Shown in pieces: positions 55,001-63,999 of a stretch of DNA of 64,000 bases (its first letter is position 1; every line of letters starts with the position of its first letter). The position numbers and the translations under genes are program-made. The notes under the pieces were generated by a model. That model saw only the letters and a program-made list of their open reading frames with translations, had not been told where the DNA came from and made no database searches. Source of the DNA: Clostridia bacterium (GTDB lineage: Bacteria > Bacillota > Clostridia > Christensenellales > UBA1242); contig JAFVEA010000009.1 in assembly GCA_017478185.1 (NCBI GenBank), forward strand, positions 133,264-197,263, in the 5' to 3' direction.

Positions 55001-56228
55001 ATACACTTCAACAACAGACACAGCAATAGACTGGAACAAAACTTATTATCTAAATGACGGCACAGCAGTTGATATTTATTATAATGATGGCACAAATTAT
55101 GTTCCAACAACAGAGGCAGTTGATGGCGTTGTAGCTTATTACGCAAAAATTGGCGAGGAGTTTTATGAGATAAAGCCACTCACAGAAGGCGGTTATATTT
55201 TCATTGTTATAGATTTAAGTAACTCATCATTTTTGAGCTTATGTGAAGAAGAGTATGTTAACACTCAAGACACTTTCATAAACGGGAGCAAAACTTATTA
55301 TCTAGACGCTCAAGGAACTGTTGCAAATTTCTATTACAAAAACTGGAATGATGCGTATTTTGCAGCGGGCGATTATGCTGGATATTATATTTATAAAAAT
55401 GGTGAATATGTTTTGTTAACCCCAACAAATATTCAAACGCTTTTGTATGAACAAAATGGTTCTTTAACCACAGACACAACAATCAATTGGAACAAAACTT
55501 ATTATTTAGATAGCACAGGTTACAATTCATCTATAGTAACATTCTATTATTATGACAGAACAAAGCTTGTTTGTGAATATGGAACTGAATTATATCAAAT
55601 AGACAACTATGTTTATTATGACGGGCAAGAAAAAACAGTTGAAGCAGAAATGACAATAGAAGGCCTAGAGGGTTCTTTAACTTTGGTTGCAATTCAACAA
55701 AAGAATGGGGATGAATGGGAAACAGTAGCTGAAGGGCAGAATGCTTCTGTTTCAGAAGCTGGCGAATATAGAGCAGTGTTCACATATAATTATTACACCA
55801 TAGATGAAAACGATAATTACACATATTATATGCTAACAGATGAAAACGGCAATTATTTAAATTATATTTATTGTGAGTTTGAAATAAAGCAAGGCAAAGC
55901 CATAACAGCAAATAACAATGCGTTCAGCTTTACAGAAAATGGAAACACATTAACACCAACTGATAACCAAATCACAATAAACAGTGAGAATTCTGTTAAC
56001 TTTGAGGTTACACCAACACGTGACAGCAATTATTTAGGGCAACAATATGTTGTTTTATATGACATACAAGATGTTAGTTCGGAAACACATTATGACTTAA
56101 TTAACCAAGCTGGGACTTATTATTTAAGAGCATTGGTTATTTTAGAGCCAGGATATTATTTGGTTAATGGCAACAATGAAACAATAACACAGTTTGAAAC
56201 AACAATAACAGTTGTTGTAACACAATAA
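52071..56228 (+). CDS. Giant lipoprotein (1385 aa, Tyr/Asn/Thr-rich) with a recurring T(T/S)D(T/D)xI(N/D)(W/F)NKTYYL module
   Basis: Lipobox ...IFLFSAC|GSG. There are at least 6 copies of the module, for example TTDTEINWNKTYYLSDGTPVDIYYNDGSSYVKTTQAVTNISTYYAK. No catalytic motif was seen. Confidence 0.88.
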   Translation: MQSIKKCLSSLALILLSFATIFLFSACGSGEKTLKGLTATNSSATITYGETVNEEIFGLKLRYSDGSEEDFNIENLTQEDLQKFSYSIKKMREVPYGQPVYEDYEEERYYSVGQYEITIVYDDFSVTVYLHVNQNEQDHDPATVSLLGGSTMIYSGNKYEPKLTYDNKLFGGEYDGDAKGTDLISYRFLYAEEDSENEYWSWNEYGYEIGSTWEDDAGSYKLVAELTTKNHGTFYTRATNFTVNKAQLTASDWGLYKYVGTTDTEINWNKTYYLSDGTPVDIYYNDGSSYVKTTQAVTNISTYYAKDGNDYYEIKAPAYGGSICVVISEYEGGMSSRSLYEKYDYAQLSFNEKIELNTFEYSFDKPKLSDYLCYACDNLYIVNTTQIDENTNLYESGAAYQISNTNEQQFEFISVSSTGLNDLTINSDVIAQNGDYNYRDYTIGFKFTLNEKNYKPIQKSFTIRIKKQEVEVSSLTQGIQLEYDGTAKTPNEILSSFKLLPTTDGKVFEEVNGNYELVYDYNGKAYIKQSDKELELGKTYYQQKNNEYIEATLGFFGYEFYSVWDQETQTSTEYLTKIYSITNSIGTDADTYNVLAKLLKSDYVSNRVILKKLVPTVYSVVDENHHNEGNYFIRSGSYYDDITADISYNEGEGDQTTTIFKYYVYEKIDETTYEKTSDDEINWNKTYYLYEGSEYVEAVFYYISTPEHYVTDSSFNLGSWKITPKAYHLTYDIKVNGNPIEDYNDNGGNFVLTYDKTYTFSVENLKAYFTTTDTEIDFNKTYYLYDGTAVNIYYYNGNGFVETKQPIEGISTYYAEVDNVSYKKIKQLDNHTDNYIHIDLGSGSSMTLYECDTTVSLGDTLTLTALNNNDEKITTGITINEATIKITDTSLTYFKLKLEFNLNSTNYAGGNYLTSATLKPTAVATQATIEIRSNTGNYNANYGGYVQTIDNMYYIFKNSEYTLLTSANIQTLLYEKKYTSTTDTAIDWNKTYYLNDGTAVDIYYNDGTNYVPTTEAVDGVVAYYAKIGEEFYEIKPLTEGGYIFIVIDLSNSSFLSLCEEEYVNTQDTFINGSKTYYLDAQGTVANFYYKNWNDAYFAAGDYAGYYIYKNGEYVLLTPTNIQTLLYEQNGSLTTDTTINWNKTYYLDSTGYNSSIVTFYYYDRTKLVCEYGTELYQIDNYVYYDGQEKTVEAEMTIEGLEGSLTLVAIQQKNGDEWETVAEGQNASVSEAGEYRAVFTYNYYTIDENDNYTYYMLTDENGNYLNYIYCEFEIKQGKAITANNNAFSFTENGNTLTPTDNQITINSENSVNFEVTPTRDSNYLGQQYVVLYDIQDVSSETHYDLINQAGTYYLRALVILEPGYYLVNGNNETITQFETTITVVVTQ

Positions 56229-56240
56229 TAAAAAATAAAA

Positions 56241-56276
56241 AAATAAGCGAGCTAAAAATGGCTTGCTTATTTTTTC
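56241..56276 (+). terminator. Rho-independent terminator
   Basis: aaataagcgagc-loop-gcttgcttattt (one G-U pair) followed by T-run. Confidence 0.75.
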
Positions 56277-56480
56277 ATCTTTTCAAACACGAATTTTAAG
56301 CATAGCAACTTTTTTGTGTTATTATTTAAAACAAAAGTGCTGAAAACGCCTAAAATAATTAGACAAATAAAAACAAAATATGTTAAAATATGCTTAAAGC
56401 AGGCAAAAAATGGTTTAAAAATCAAAATATCGCAAAAACTATTTTTAAGCTTTGTTAAAAAATAAAAGAGGTGAATGGTT

Positions 56481-59400
56481 ATGGCAAAAAAAGCACTAAT
56501 ATGGAGTTTTGTTGCTATTTTGGCAGTGGGGCTTGGTGTTTCAATGTTCTTTTTGATATCAAAAACAAAAGTTTCTGCTGTTGAGTGCAACATAAACAGA
56601 GTTTGTTATGTTTTGGATGGCAATAGCGAAAAGGTTGAATCCGAAACAATAACAGAAGAAAATTTTAAAAAGCTTGTTTATTCAAAAAACTTTGATGAAG
56701 AAGTTTTGGCAGATTTAGAAAAAGTTGGTTACTCTTTTTCAGGTTGGTTTGGAAGTGATGAGTTCAAACAAGACAACAAGCTAACAACAGAAACAATATT
56801 TGATGACAACAGCGTTGCAGTTAACAAAGAAGAAAAAACTGCAACAATCTATGCTTACTTTGCTCCAAACAGCTTTTCAAGCTTGATGTATGCAAGCAAC
56901 GGAGATAATATTATTAGAAATTCTAACGAGGTGTTTTTTGGGCAAACAATAGGTGAGCTTGTTAAAAACGAAAATTTAAAAGCAGCCTCTTTGGACAACA
57001 AAGTTTTTTATGGCTGGTATGCAGACAGCAATTTTACTCAAAAGCTAAGTGATGACACAAAACTAACTTTTGAAAATATTCGTTTTGACCCAATTATGCA
57101 AACATTTATGATTTATGCAAGATATATTGATAAGTCTTGCACACTTGTTTGTGGCAACACAGATGAAGTTGTCACACAAGATTATGGCACTGCATTAGCT
57201 TTGCCTACTCCAGCAAAAGATGGTTATGAGCTTGAGGGCTGGTATTTTGACAAAGAACTTGAAAACAAAATTGAGTTAAGTGAAGAAAATCCAGTTTTGT
57301 TAAATTTTGACACAGTCCAATTTGACGGAACAAACTTCTATGTTTACGCAAAATGGACTCCCAAAAAAATCACGCTAACATTTGATGCAAAGGCAAATGG
57401 CGGAAGTTGTGATGAGGAAGAAGCAGAGTTCACTTTTGGAGAAGTTTATGGAACTTTGCCAACAGCCACAAAAGATGGCGATAGGTTTGCCGGTTGGTTT
57501 ACAAACACAAATGATGTTACAACAAAAATAACAGAAAACAGCGTTGTTTCATTTACAGAAAACACAGAGGTTAAAGCAAAGTTTGTTAAGGAAGATATGA
57601 TAGCATTCACAGTTGAAAAATCTGATAATGTTACATATGAAATTTTTTATAGAAATCCTAAAAACACAAACACAAACAACGAACAAACAAACAACACAGA
57701 TGACAACAGCTCAGATGAAAATGCAGACGATAACACTGATGATAATGCAAATTCAAACACCCAAAACGAGCCAACATGGACTGAGATACACACAGACAAC
57801 ACAGCCACAGCAAGCGCTTTAACATATTATATTAAATCTGGCTTTAACTGGAAAGTTGTTGCAACAGTTGCAGATGAACATTATGAGTTAACCAACGCTG
57901 AACAAACTGGAACAGCTGAAGAAGATGCAAAAATAACTGTTACAGCCACAGGAAAAACATATGAACTTGTTTTAAACAACAACAATGATGAAGTGGGGAA
58001 TTCAACAATACAACACGTTTATGGAACATCACTTGCAAGAGTTCTTCAAAACATCACAAAAAGTGGTTATGTTTTTGGTGGGTGGTATGGTGACGCAAAC
58101 TTCACCAAAAAGTTAACAGACCAAGATGTTTTAAATGAACAAACAGCAACATTTATAACAACAACCGAACAAACAGAAAGTGGTGAAACAACAAAAACAA
58201 CTGCAAACATCTATGCAAAATGGCTTACAAAACAAGTTAAGGTTAATTCAATGGCAATTGCAGCTCAAACAAGACTAACAAACATTGTTGTTTATTATGA
58301 ACTAAGAAACATCAATGATGAAACAAAAGTTTATCAATTGATAAATGGGGCAGACACAAAAACATTTGAGGATGTTAAAAATGGAACCTACAGTTTGTGG
58401 GCTTCAGATAGGCAATATAAAAACATAACTGACACTTCAACAGTGGAATATGTTAACACAAACTTAACAATAACAATAACAGATGAAACTTTATTCACTG
58501 AAGTTTATGTTTATTATTGCCCACTTTATGTGAGTATTCCAGATGAAGAAGCAAATCAAGGAATAGCTGCACAAAACACAAAGGAACCTTCAGAGCAAAG
58601 TGAACAAGGTTATAAGTTTTATCAAACTGGGTGGTATTTAAAAGGTCAAACATTCAATATGGAAGTTCCAGTTAACACTGGTTATCACTTCAAAAATTGG
58701 ACTTGGGAAGATGGTGTTAATGACTATGGCGTGATTGGCACAGAAAACCCAATAACATATCAAATTGATAAAAGAATGAAAATTTTGCCACACACTGAAA
58801 AGAACGTTTACACCATTGAATTTAACGCAAATGGCGGAAATGAAATTGAATCAATAACAAGAGAATATTTAAGCGCTCTTGGAGAAAAAGATGAAAATGA
58901 CGCTTTGGCAGAACTTCCAGTTCCAACAAGAGGCGGTTGTGTGTTCTTGGGCTGGTTTGCTGATAGTGAGTTTACAAAACAAGTTACAAATGAAACGATA
59001 ATAAACACTACAACTTTCACAGAAGAGCAATTAAAAAACAACAATTCAACCCTAACACTTTATGCAAAATGGGTTGAAAATGAAGTTGAAATATCCGTAT
59101 TGTGGGGCAGTTATGGTGCCGCTAGTTATGCTGAAGTTGAATTAGAAAGCATTTCAACAACCGAAGAAGAAACCCCACGTATAAAAACCACAACAAAAGA
59201 GGGAGATGTTGTAAAGTTTAACGCTGTTCCAGCTGGGGATTACTATGTTTATGCAATTTCAAAATATAATATGGACCCTACAGACAAATTGTTTGACAAC
59301 ACTGGCGTTGAAGCAAAGCTTGTTAAAATTACACGGCCAACAACAAACCCAGAAACTGGAAAAATAGAATACACGCCAATTACAATTTCTGTTCCTGAAC

Positions 59401-60743
59401 CTTCTTTTAATGCTGAAACAGAAACAATTACAAACAATCTAAACAAAAACAATACGCCAACAATAAATTATGTTAGGTTAAATTTATTAGGAAAGTATAA
59501 AGACGATGAGGGAAGTCTTGAACCAGGAATTAAATCAGTAAATCAAAACGGAATTAGATATCTTAAATATCAAACAGTGGAATTTGAAGCTGAGTTAGAG
59601 TTTGGATATACTGGTCTTAAATGGTTGATTGAAAAAGTAAGGAACGACGCCACCAAGGAAGTTACTGAGTGGGAAGAATATTTAACAATCACTGCCATAA
59701 ATGATGGAAAGGTATTAAAAGGAACCGTTGTTATGAATATTGGAAAAATCTTTAAAGCAACAGCAAGTCCAATAAAAACATTGTATGACATTATTTACAA
59801 CAACGGAGACGGTGAAAACTTAACTCAAAACTCAAAGCAAAAACAATATGGCACAGCGTTTGTAAGTGATGATTTAAAAGCCCCATCAACGCTTTATGGA
59901 AAATTTGTTGGTTGGTCAACAAAAGAGGGTAGCACAGCTGAAGAAGATTTAATTAAAGTTGATGATATCTTCAACATTTCAACTATACCAACAGACACCA
60001 CAGCAGAAACTGTTACATTCAATTTGTATGCAGTTTACATCTCCCAATGTGAAATCAAAAACGCTGAAACAGAAGCAACTTTAACAACATTAAATTGGGG
60101 CGACACAAACACAACTTTGTTGGTTCCACAAAATTTGGTTAACAAAACAGGTTATAACTTTGTGGGCTTTAAGTTAAATGAAAATGATGCCAAATTATTT
60201 GCAACAAATAATGGCTTAACAGAAAATAAAGAATATAGTTGTGCTTTAACAGTTAATGTTACAAACGCAGATAATCAAGATATAAGCATAACAAATGGAA
60301 ATGGAGAATGGGTATATTTTGAAACTGAATCAATTGAGCTCTATCCAGTTTATGAACCAAAAACAATAATTTTATCCACTGGCGAGAATGGTTACACTTT
60401 TAAGCTAACTTATGATAGTGATGTTATTTTGCAGCAAGGAAATAAAGATCAACAAACTGGTGAATATGAATATAACCCATTCACACCTCAAGAAGGAAAT
60501 AACATTGCATTTGCTATAGCTGACAACACATCATCAGAAAATGGACAAACTTTGATAGATGAGAATGGAAAGCTTAAGTTTGTTGAGGGCTACACAAAAG
60601 AAGTAACAACAATTGATGAACAAGAGCAAGAACAAACGATTATTGTTTGGGCTTATGAAGGGGAAACTTTCACTCTTGTTCAAGTAGATGATTCAACAAA
60701 TCAAACAACTCAAAACACAACAGGTGATGAAGTTACATCATAA
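56481..60743 (+). CDS. Membrane-anchored giant surface protein with about 9 Listeria-Bacteroides (Flg_new-type) repeats and an Asn/Asp/Thr-rich linker
   Basis: ATG 56481 lies 7 nt after AGAGGTG, followed by a TM anchor. Repeats carry G(Y/F)xFxGW(Y/F)xDxxF...(I/L)YAKW. The low-complexity linker is NTNTNNEQTNNTDDNSSDENADDNTDDN. Confidence 0.88.
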   Translation: MAKKALIWSFVAILAVGLGVSMFFLISKTKVSAVECNINRVCYVLDGNSEKVESETITEENFKKLVYSKNFDEEVLADLEKVGYSFSGWFGSDEFKQDNKLTTETIFDDNSVAVNKEEKTATIYAYFAPNSFSSLMYASNGDNIIRNSNEVFFGQTIGELVKNENLKAASLDNKVFYGWYADSNFTQKLSDDTKLTFENIRFDPIMQTFMIYARYIDKSCTLVCGNTDEVVTQDYGTALALPTPAKDGYELEGWYFDKELENKIELSEENPVLLNFDTVQFDGTNFYVYAKWTPKKITLTFDAKANGGSCDEEEAEFTFGEVYGTLPTATKDGDRFAGWFTNTNDVTTKITENSVVSFTENTEVKAKFVKEDMIAFTVEKSDNVTYEIFYRNPKNTNTNNEQTNNTDDNSSDENADDNTDDNANSNTQNEPTWTEIHTDNTATASALTYYIKSGFNWKVVATVADEHYELTNAEQTGTAEEDAKITVTATGKTYELVLNNNNDEVGNSTIQHVYGTSLARVLQNITKSGYVFGGWYGDANFTKKLTDQDVLNEQTATFITTTEQTESGETTKTTANIYAKWLTKQVKVNSMAIAAQTRLTNIVVYYELRNINDETKVYQLINGADTKTFEDVKNGTYSLWASDRQYKNITDTSTVEYVNTNLTITITDETLFTEVYVYYCPLYVSIPDEEANQGIAAQNTKEPSEQSEQGYKFYQTGWYLKGQTFNMEVPVNTGYHFKNWTWEDGVNDYGVIGTENPITYQIDKRMKILPHTEKNVYTIEFNANGGNEIESITREYLSALGEKDENDALAELPVPTRGGCVFLGWFADSEFTKQVTNETIINTTTFTEEQLKNNNSTLTLYAKWVENEVEISVLWGSYGAASYAEVELESISTTEEETPRIKTTTKEGDVVKFNAVPAGDYYVYAISKYNMDPTDKLFDNTGVEAKLVKITRPTTNPETGKIEYTPITISVPEPSFNAETETITNNLNKNNTPTINYVRLNLLGKYKDDEGSLEPGIKSVNQNGIRYLKYQTVEFEAELEFGYTGLKWLIEKVRNDATKEVTEWEEYLTITAINDGKVLKGTVVMNIGKIFKATASPIKTLYDIIYNNGDGENLTQNSKQKQYGTAFVSDDLKAPSTLYGKFVGWSTKEGSTAEEDLIKVDDIFNISTIPTDTTAETVTFNLYAVYISQCEIKNAETEATLTTLNWGDTNTTLLVPQNLVNKTGYNFVGFKLNENDAKLFATNNGLTENKEYSCALTVNVTNADNQDISITNGNGEWVYFETESIELYPVYEPKTIILSTGENGYTFKLTYDSDVILQQGNKDQQTGEYEYNPFTPQEGNNIAFAIADNTSSENGQTLIDENGKLKFVEGYTKEVTTIDEQEQEQTIIVWAYEGETFTLVQVDDSTNQTTQNTTGDEVTS

Positions 60744-60760
60744 TTTGTGAAAAATTTAAA

Positions 60761-60792
60761 AAATATCTACCCATAGTGGCAGATATTTTTTG
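60761..60792 (+). terminator. Rho-independent terminator
   Basis: aaatatct.c-loop-g.agatattt followed by T6. Confidence 0.6.
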
Positions 60793-60812
60793 TTGTTTTT
60801 AAAAATGTTCAA

Positions 60813-60915
60813 GATTGCCACGCTTCGCTCGCAATGACATATAGAAGTGTCATTCTGAGGAGGCGTTAGCCGACGTGAGAATCTCTTGCTTGCAATGCGT
60901 GAGAATCTCTTGCTT
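60813..60915. repeat. GC-rich structured intergenic element, copy 2 (inverted relative to 5499-5595), with an internal 24-bp-period tandem duplication
   Basis: gattgccac...tcgcaatgac-atatagaagt-gtcatt-ct-gaggaggcgttagccgacgtgagaat. The 18-mer cgtgagaatctcttgctt occurs at 60874-60891 and again at 60898-60915. Confidence 0.75.
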
Positions 60916-61046
60916 AAAATCAATTTATTTTTTTGTTGTTTTAAACAAAAATTATTTATTTTGCTTAAAAATCAAACAAAAGCTCTTGATTTTTTATGTT
61001 TTTTCTTTTATTTTTTATAAAAAAATAAAAAACTGGTTAAAAGCTA

Positions 61047-61075
61047 TTGAAAAGAATTGATTTTTGAGATATAAT
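61047..61075 (+). promoter_or_regulatory. Consensus-like sigma-A promoter for the helicase gene
   Basis: TTGAAA, 17-nt spacer, TATAAT. Confidence 0.5.
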
Positions 61076-61122
61076 AAAGGTATAACCAAAAAAAGTCAAA
61101 AAATAAAATCAAGAGGTAAAGG

Positions 61123-63999
61123 ATGAAAAGTTTATACACACTTTATAAAGAGCGTTTAATAGAGATAAGCGGACGTAACAGAAGTTTATATTTAAGAACT
61201 TTTAACAAAAAAAATGGATATGATATAGGGAAAATTTTGGTTGAAGGTCCAGAAAAAGCAGAAGCCTTTTTGGATTTGATATGGAACGGAAAAATAGCAC
61301 CCATAAAACTAATATCAAAAGAAACTGAGCAAATAATTTTAAAAAGTTCGGGTTTGGATGAAAAATTCCCTACAGACAAAACTTTTGAAAACGCAAAAGA
61401 TAGGCAAAAATATTTGAGGCAAAGAGCAAATTTGGCAAAAAGAATAATTGCTCAAGAAGTTAGAAACATAAATGCCCTAAAGCGTGAGATTGATGAAATC
61501 GAAAAAGAAACTGGAAGGTATGAACTTTATTTATGTTATCCTTTTGTTTATGGAGCAATAAAAAACTTTACTTTTAAAGCACCGCTATTGCTATTTCCAG
61601 TTCAAATTGAACCAATTGATGATTATAATGTTAACATCTCGCTCATAAAAGGTTCTAGCGTTCAGTTAAACAAAGCATTGCTTCTTGCAATTGCTGAGGC
61701 TCGCCATTTAAATCTTGATGGGCTTGAAACAGAGTTTCCACAAATAAACAAACAATTTGCCGACATTCAGGCAGTTTTGGACTATTTGAAAACTTTTGGC
61801 ATAAAAATTTCGTATCAACCACGAAAAAACATATTTGCTTTTGACCGTTATGAAGAGCCAGAGGCAAATGATGAGCTTCAAATTAGGCAAGTTTGCCTAC
61901 TTAGCCGTTATGCTTTGGCAAATTCAATTTATAATGATTATTCAATTTTAGAAAAAAAGCATCTAACAAACAATTCGATAAATGAACTTTTAAACACAAA
62001 GCCAACAAAAATTTGCAAAGCAAAACACGACAATTTATATTTAATCAATGACATCGACTTTGCTCAGCGTGAAGTTATAAGCAAAGTTAATGACAACGGA
62101 AATATGGTTATTTATGGGCCTCCAGGAACGGGTAAGTCTCAAACAATTGTAAACGTTGTGTCTGATGCAATTTCAAAAGGCAAGAGAGTTTTGGTTATCT
62201 CACAAAAGAAAGCCGCTTTAGAAGTTATTTTTAACCGTTTGGCAAGCCTAAACGACAAAGCAGTTTTTATTGTTGATGCCGAAAAAGAGCGCCGAAACTT
62301 TTATGCTCGTTGTTTTGCAATGCACGAAAGTGTTTTAAAACAAAATTTTAATTCAAATTTTTTTGAACAATATGAGCTTGAAAAATCAAAGTTAGACAAA
62401 GAAATTGAAAATCTTGAAAAACTTTCAAAATGCCTAAATGACAAAACAAGTTTTGGTATTTCTCTTGCAGATATGTATTATAACTCATCAAAAATAGGGC
62501 AAAACACAATTGAATATGAAATTTATAAAGATATGCTTGAAGACAAAAAGCTTATGGCATTAAAATATCAAGAGCTAAGTGACGCTTTGTTAAACTTAAC
62601 AAAACAAAACACAGCAACAGTTTATTATAACTTTGTTAAAAACAGTGTGAAAAATCCTTTTATTCAATATCTAAAAAGTGATTTAAACATACATATTGTT
62701 TCAAAAACATTAAGTAGGCTGAATGAACTTATTGGCAAAAATTTGCCAGTGTTTGACACAGCAAAATATCATTATGCAAGGCAAGTTTTAAGCTTTATGA
62801 GTTTTGATAGCAAAGAAAACTATAGGCCACTTTTAAAAATGCTTGCAAAAATGGATAAGGCAAACACTTTTGAAAAGAAAAGAAAGCTTAAAGAAGATGT
62901 TGATTTAACTTTGGCAAAAATAAAGCAATATATAAGTTCTTATGACTTCATAAAAGATGTGTTAACAAAAGACGGCTATAATATGGCAATTGATGCAATT
63001 ATGAATGCAAACGACAACATCTTTAATCTTTTGCGAGAAGCTTTGTCTGATTATATAGATTATCGAGACACTCAAAAAATGCTTCAAAACTTAAGTGAAG
63101 CAGAAAGAATAATTTTAAATTTTGCATATAACAATTCACAAAGCTTGGTATATTTTCAAAATGTTATTTCAAGGCTTTTAAAAATTAGATTATATCACGA
63201 AATTGTTGTTTATGAAGACAAGCAAAAAGACGTTTTATCATCTATTGCAGATTTTGAAAACATAAGGTCAAGAATTTCAATGCACAAAGCAAAATTAAAT
63301 GATATTTCAAGACAAATAGCGGAGCAAAGCTTTGTTAAAGAATATAAACAAATGTTAAATGGAAGCATTGAAAGCAAAGATTATATTTATCAAATTTCAA
63401 AGAAGCAAAAATATTGGCCAATCAGAAAGCTTTTGGAAGTTTATGGAGAATATTTGTTTAAATTGTTCCCATGCTGGCTTTTATCTCCAGAAAATGTTTC
63501 AACACTTTTGCCACTACAGCAAAACTTGTTTGATGTTGTTTTGTTTGATGAAGCCTCACAGGTGTTTATAGAAAACTCAATCCCATCAATTTATCGAGGA
63601 AAGAGCGTTGTTGTTGCGGGAGACTCAAAACAGCTTCGTCCAACCACAACATTTATGCGTAGATATATGGGAAACACTGATGATGAAGATGATTTGGATT
63701 ATTCAACGCAAGCAGCCCTTGAAGTTGAAAGCCTTCTTGACCTAGCAATAGCAAGATTTAACAGTGCAAACATAACTTATCACTATCGTTCACAAAATGA
63801 AGAGTTAATCGACTTTTCAAATATGGCATTTTATGAAGGCAAGCTTCAAATTGCTCCAAACATCACAAAAAATGTTCGCCACAAACCAATTGAGCGAATA
63901 ATGGTTAATGGAGTGTGGGAAGATGGAAAAAACCCTGTTGAAGCAGAAAAAATTGTGGCACTTCTTAAAAGCATATTAAAAAACAGAAAAAACAACGAA
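61123..63999 (+). CDS. DUF4011-like N-terminal region fused to an Upf1/Dna2-type SF1 helicase (AAA_11/AAA_12), 3'-truncated by the window edge
   Basis: The ORF is absent from the track because it has no stop in the window. ATG 61123 follows RBS AAGAGGTAAAGG. My translation is MKSLYTLYKERLIEISGRNRSLYLRTF... Helicase motifs are Walker A VIYGPPGTGKSQT, VVLFDEASQV, VVAGDSKQLRPT and ITYHYRSQNEELIDFSN. At least 959 codons are open. Confidence 0.88.
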   Translation, partial: MKSLYTLYKERLIEISGRNRSLYLRTFNKKNGYDIGKILVEGPEKAEAFLDLIWNGKIAPIKLISKETEQIILKSSGLDEKFPTDKTFENAKDRQKYLRQRANLAKRIIAQEVRNINALKREIDEIEKETGRYELYLCYPFVYGAIKNFTFKAPLLLFPVQIEPIDDYNVNISLIKGSSVQLNKALLLAIAEARHLNLDGLETEFPQINKQFADIQAVLDYLKTFGIKISYQPRKNIFAFDRYEEPEANDELQIRQVCLLSRYALANSIYNDYSILEKKHLTNNSINELLNTKPTKICKAKHDNLYLINDIDFAQREVISKVNDNGNMVIYGPPGTGKSQTIVNVVSDAISKGKRVLVISQKKAALEVIFNRLASLNDKAVFIVDAEKERRNFYARCFAMHESVLKQNFNSNFFEQYELEKSKLDKEIENLEKLSKCLNDKTSFGISLADMYYNSSKIGQNTIEYEIYKDMLEDKKLMALKYQELSDALLNLTKQNTATVYYNFVKNSVKNPFIQYLKSDLNIHIVSKTLSRLNELIGKNLPVFDTAKYHYARQVLSFMSFDSKENYRPLLKMLAKMDKANTFEKKRKLKEDVDLTLAKIKQYISSYDFIKDVLTKDGYNMAIDAIMNANDNIFNLLREALSDYIDYRDTQKMLQNLSEAERIILNFAYNNSQSLVYFQNVISRLLKIRLYHEIVVYEDKQKDVLSSIADFENIRSRISMHKAKLNDISRQIAEQSFVKEYKQMLNGSIESKDYIYQISKKQKYWPIRKLLEVYGEYLFKLFPCWLLSPENVSTLLPLQQNLFDVVLFDEASQVFIENSIPSIYRGKSVVVAGDSKQLRPTTTFMRRYMGNTDDEDDLDYSTQAALEVESLLDLAIARFNSANITYHYRSQNEELIDFSNMAFYEGKLQIAPNITKNVRHKPIERIMVNGVWEDGKNPVEAEKIVALLKSILKNRKNNE

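Noticed and set aside
52501-55482. Several 68-93-aa minus-strand and off-frame ORFs within the giant lipoprotein gene (52501-52770, 53512-53730, 54439-54720, 54937-55179, 55276-55482)
   Set aside because: They are embedded in a continuous 1385-codon ORF with clear repeat structure. They are His/Leu/Cys-rich antisense artefacts.
56267-56593. 108-aa minus-strand ORF spanning the terminator and the start of the 56481 gene
   Set aside because: It overlaps a terminator hairpin and the promoter, RBS and 5' end of a strongly supported plus-strand gene. It has no RBS and a hydrophobic, AT-driven composition.
60874-60915. Possible CRISPR-like array (24-bp-period repeats here and a 30-bp tandem at 32191-32250)
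   Set aside because: Each has only two copies, directly adjacent or separated by 6 nt, with no spacer-sized unique segments and no cas genes in the window.
60875-61060. 61-aa ORF (MRISCLQCVRISCL...) starting at a GTG preceded by GAGGAGG inside repeat copy 2
   Set aside because: The equivalent frame in copy 1 stops after 5 codons. The RISCL repetition simply reflects the 24-bp DNA duplication, and the rest is AT-rich spacer.
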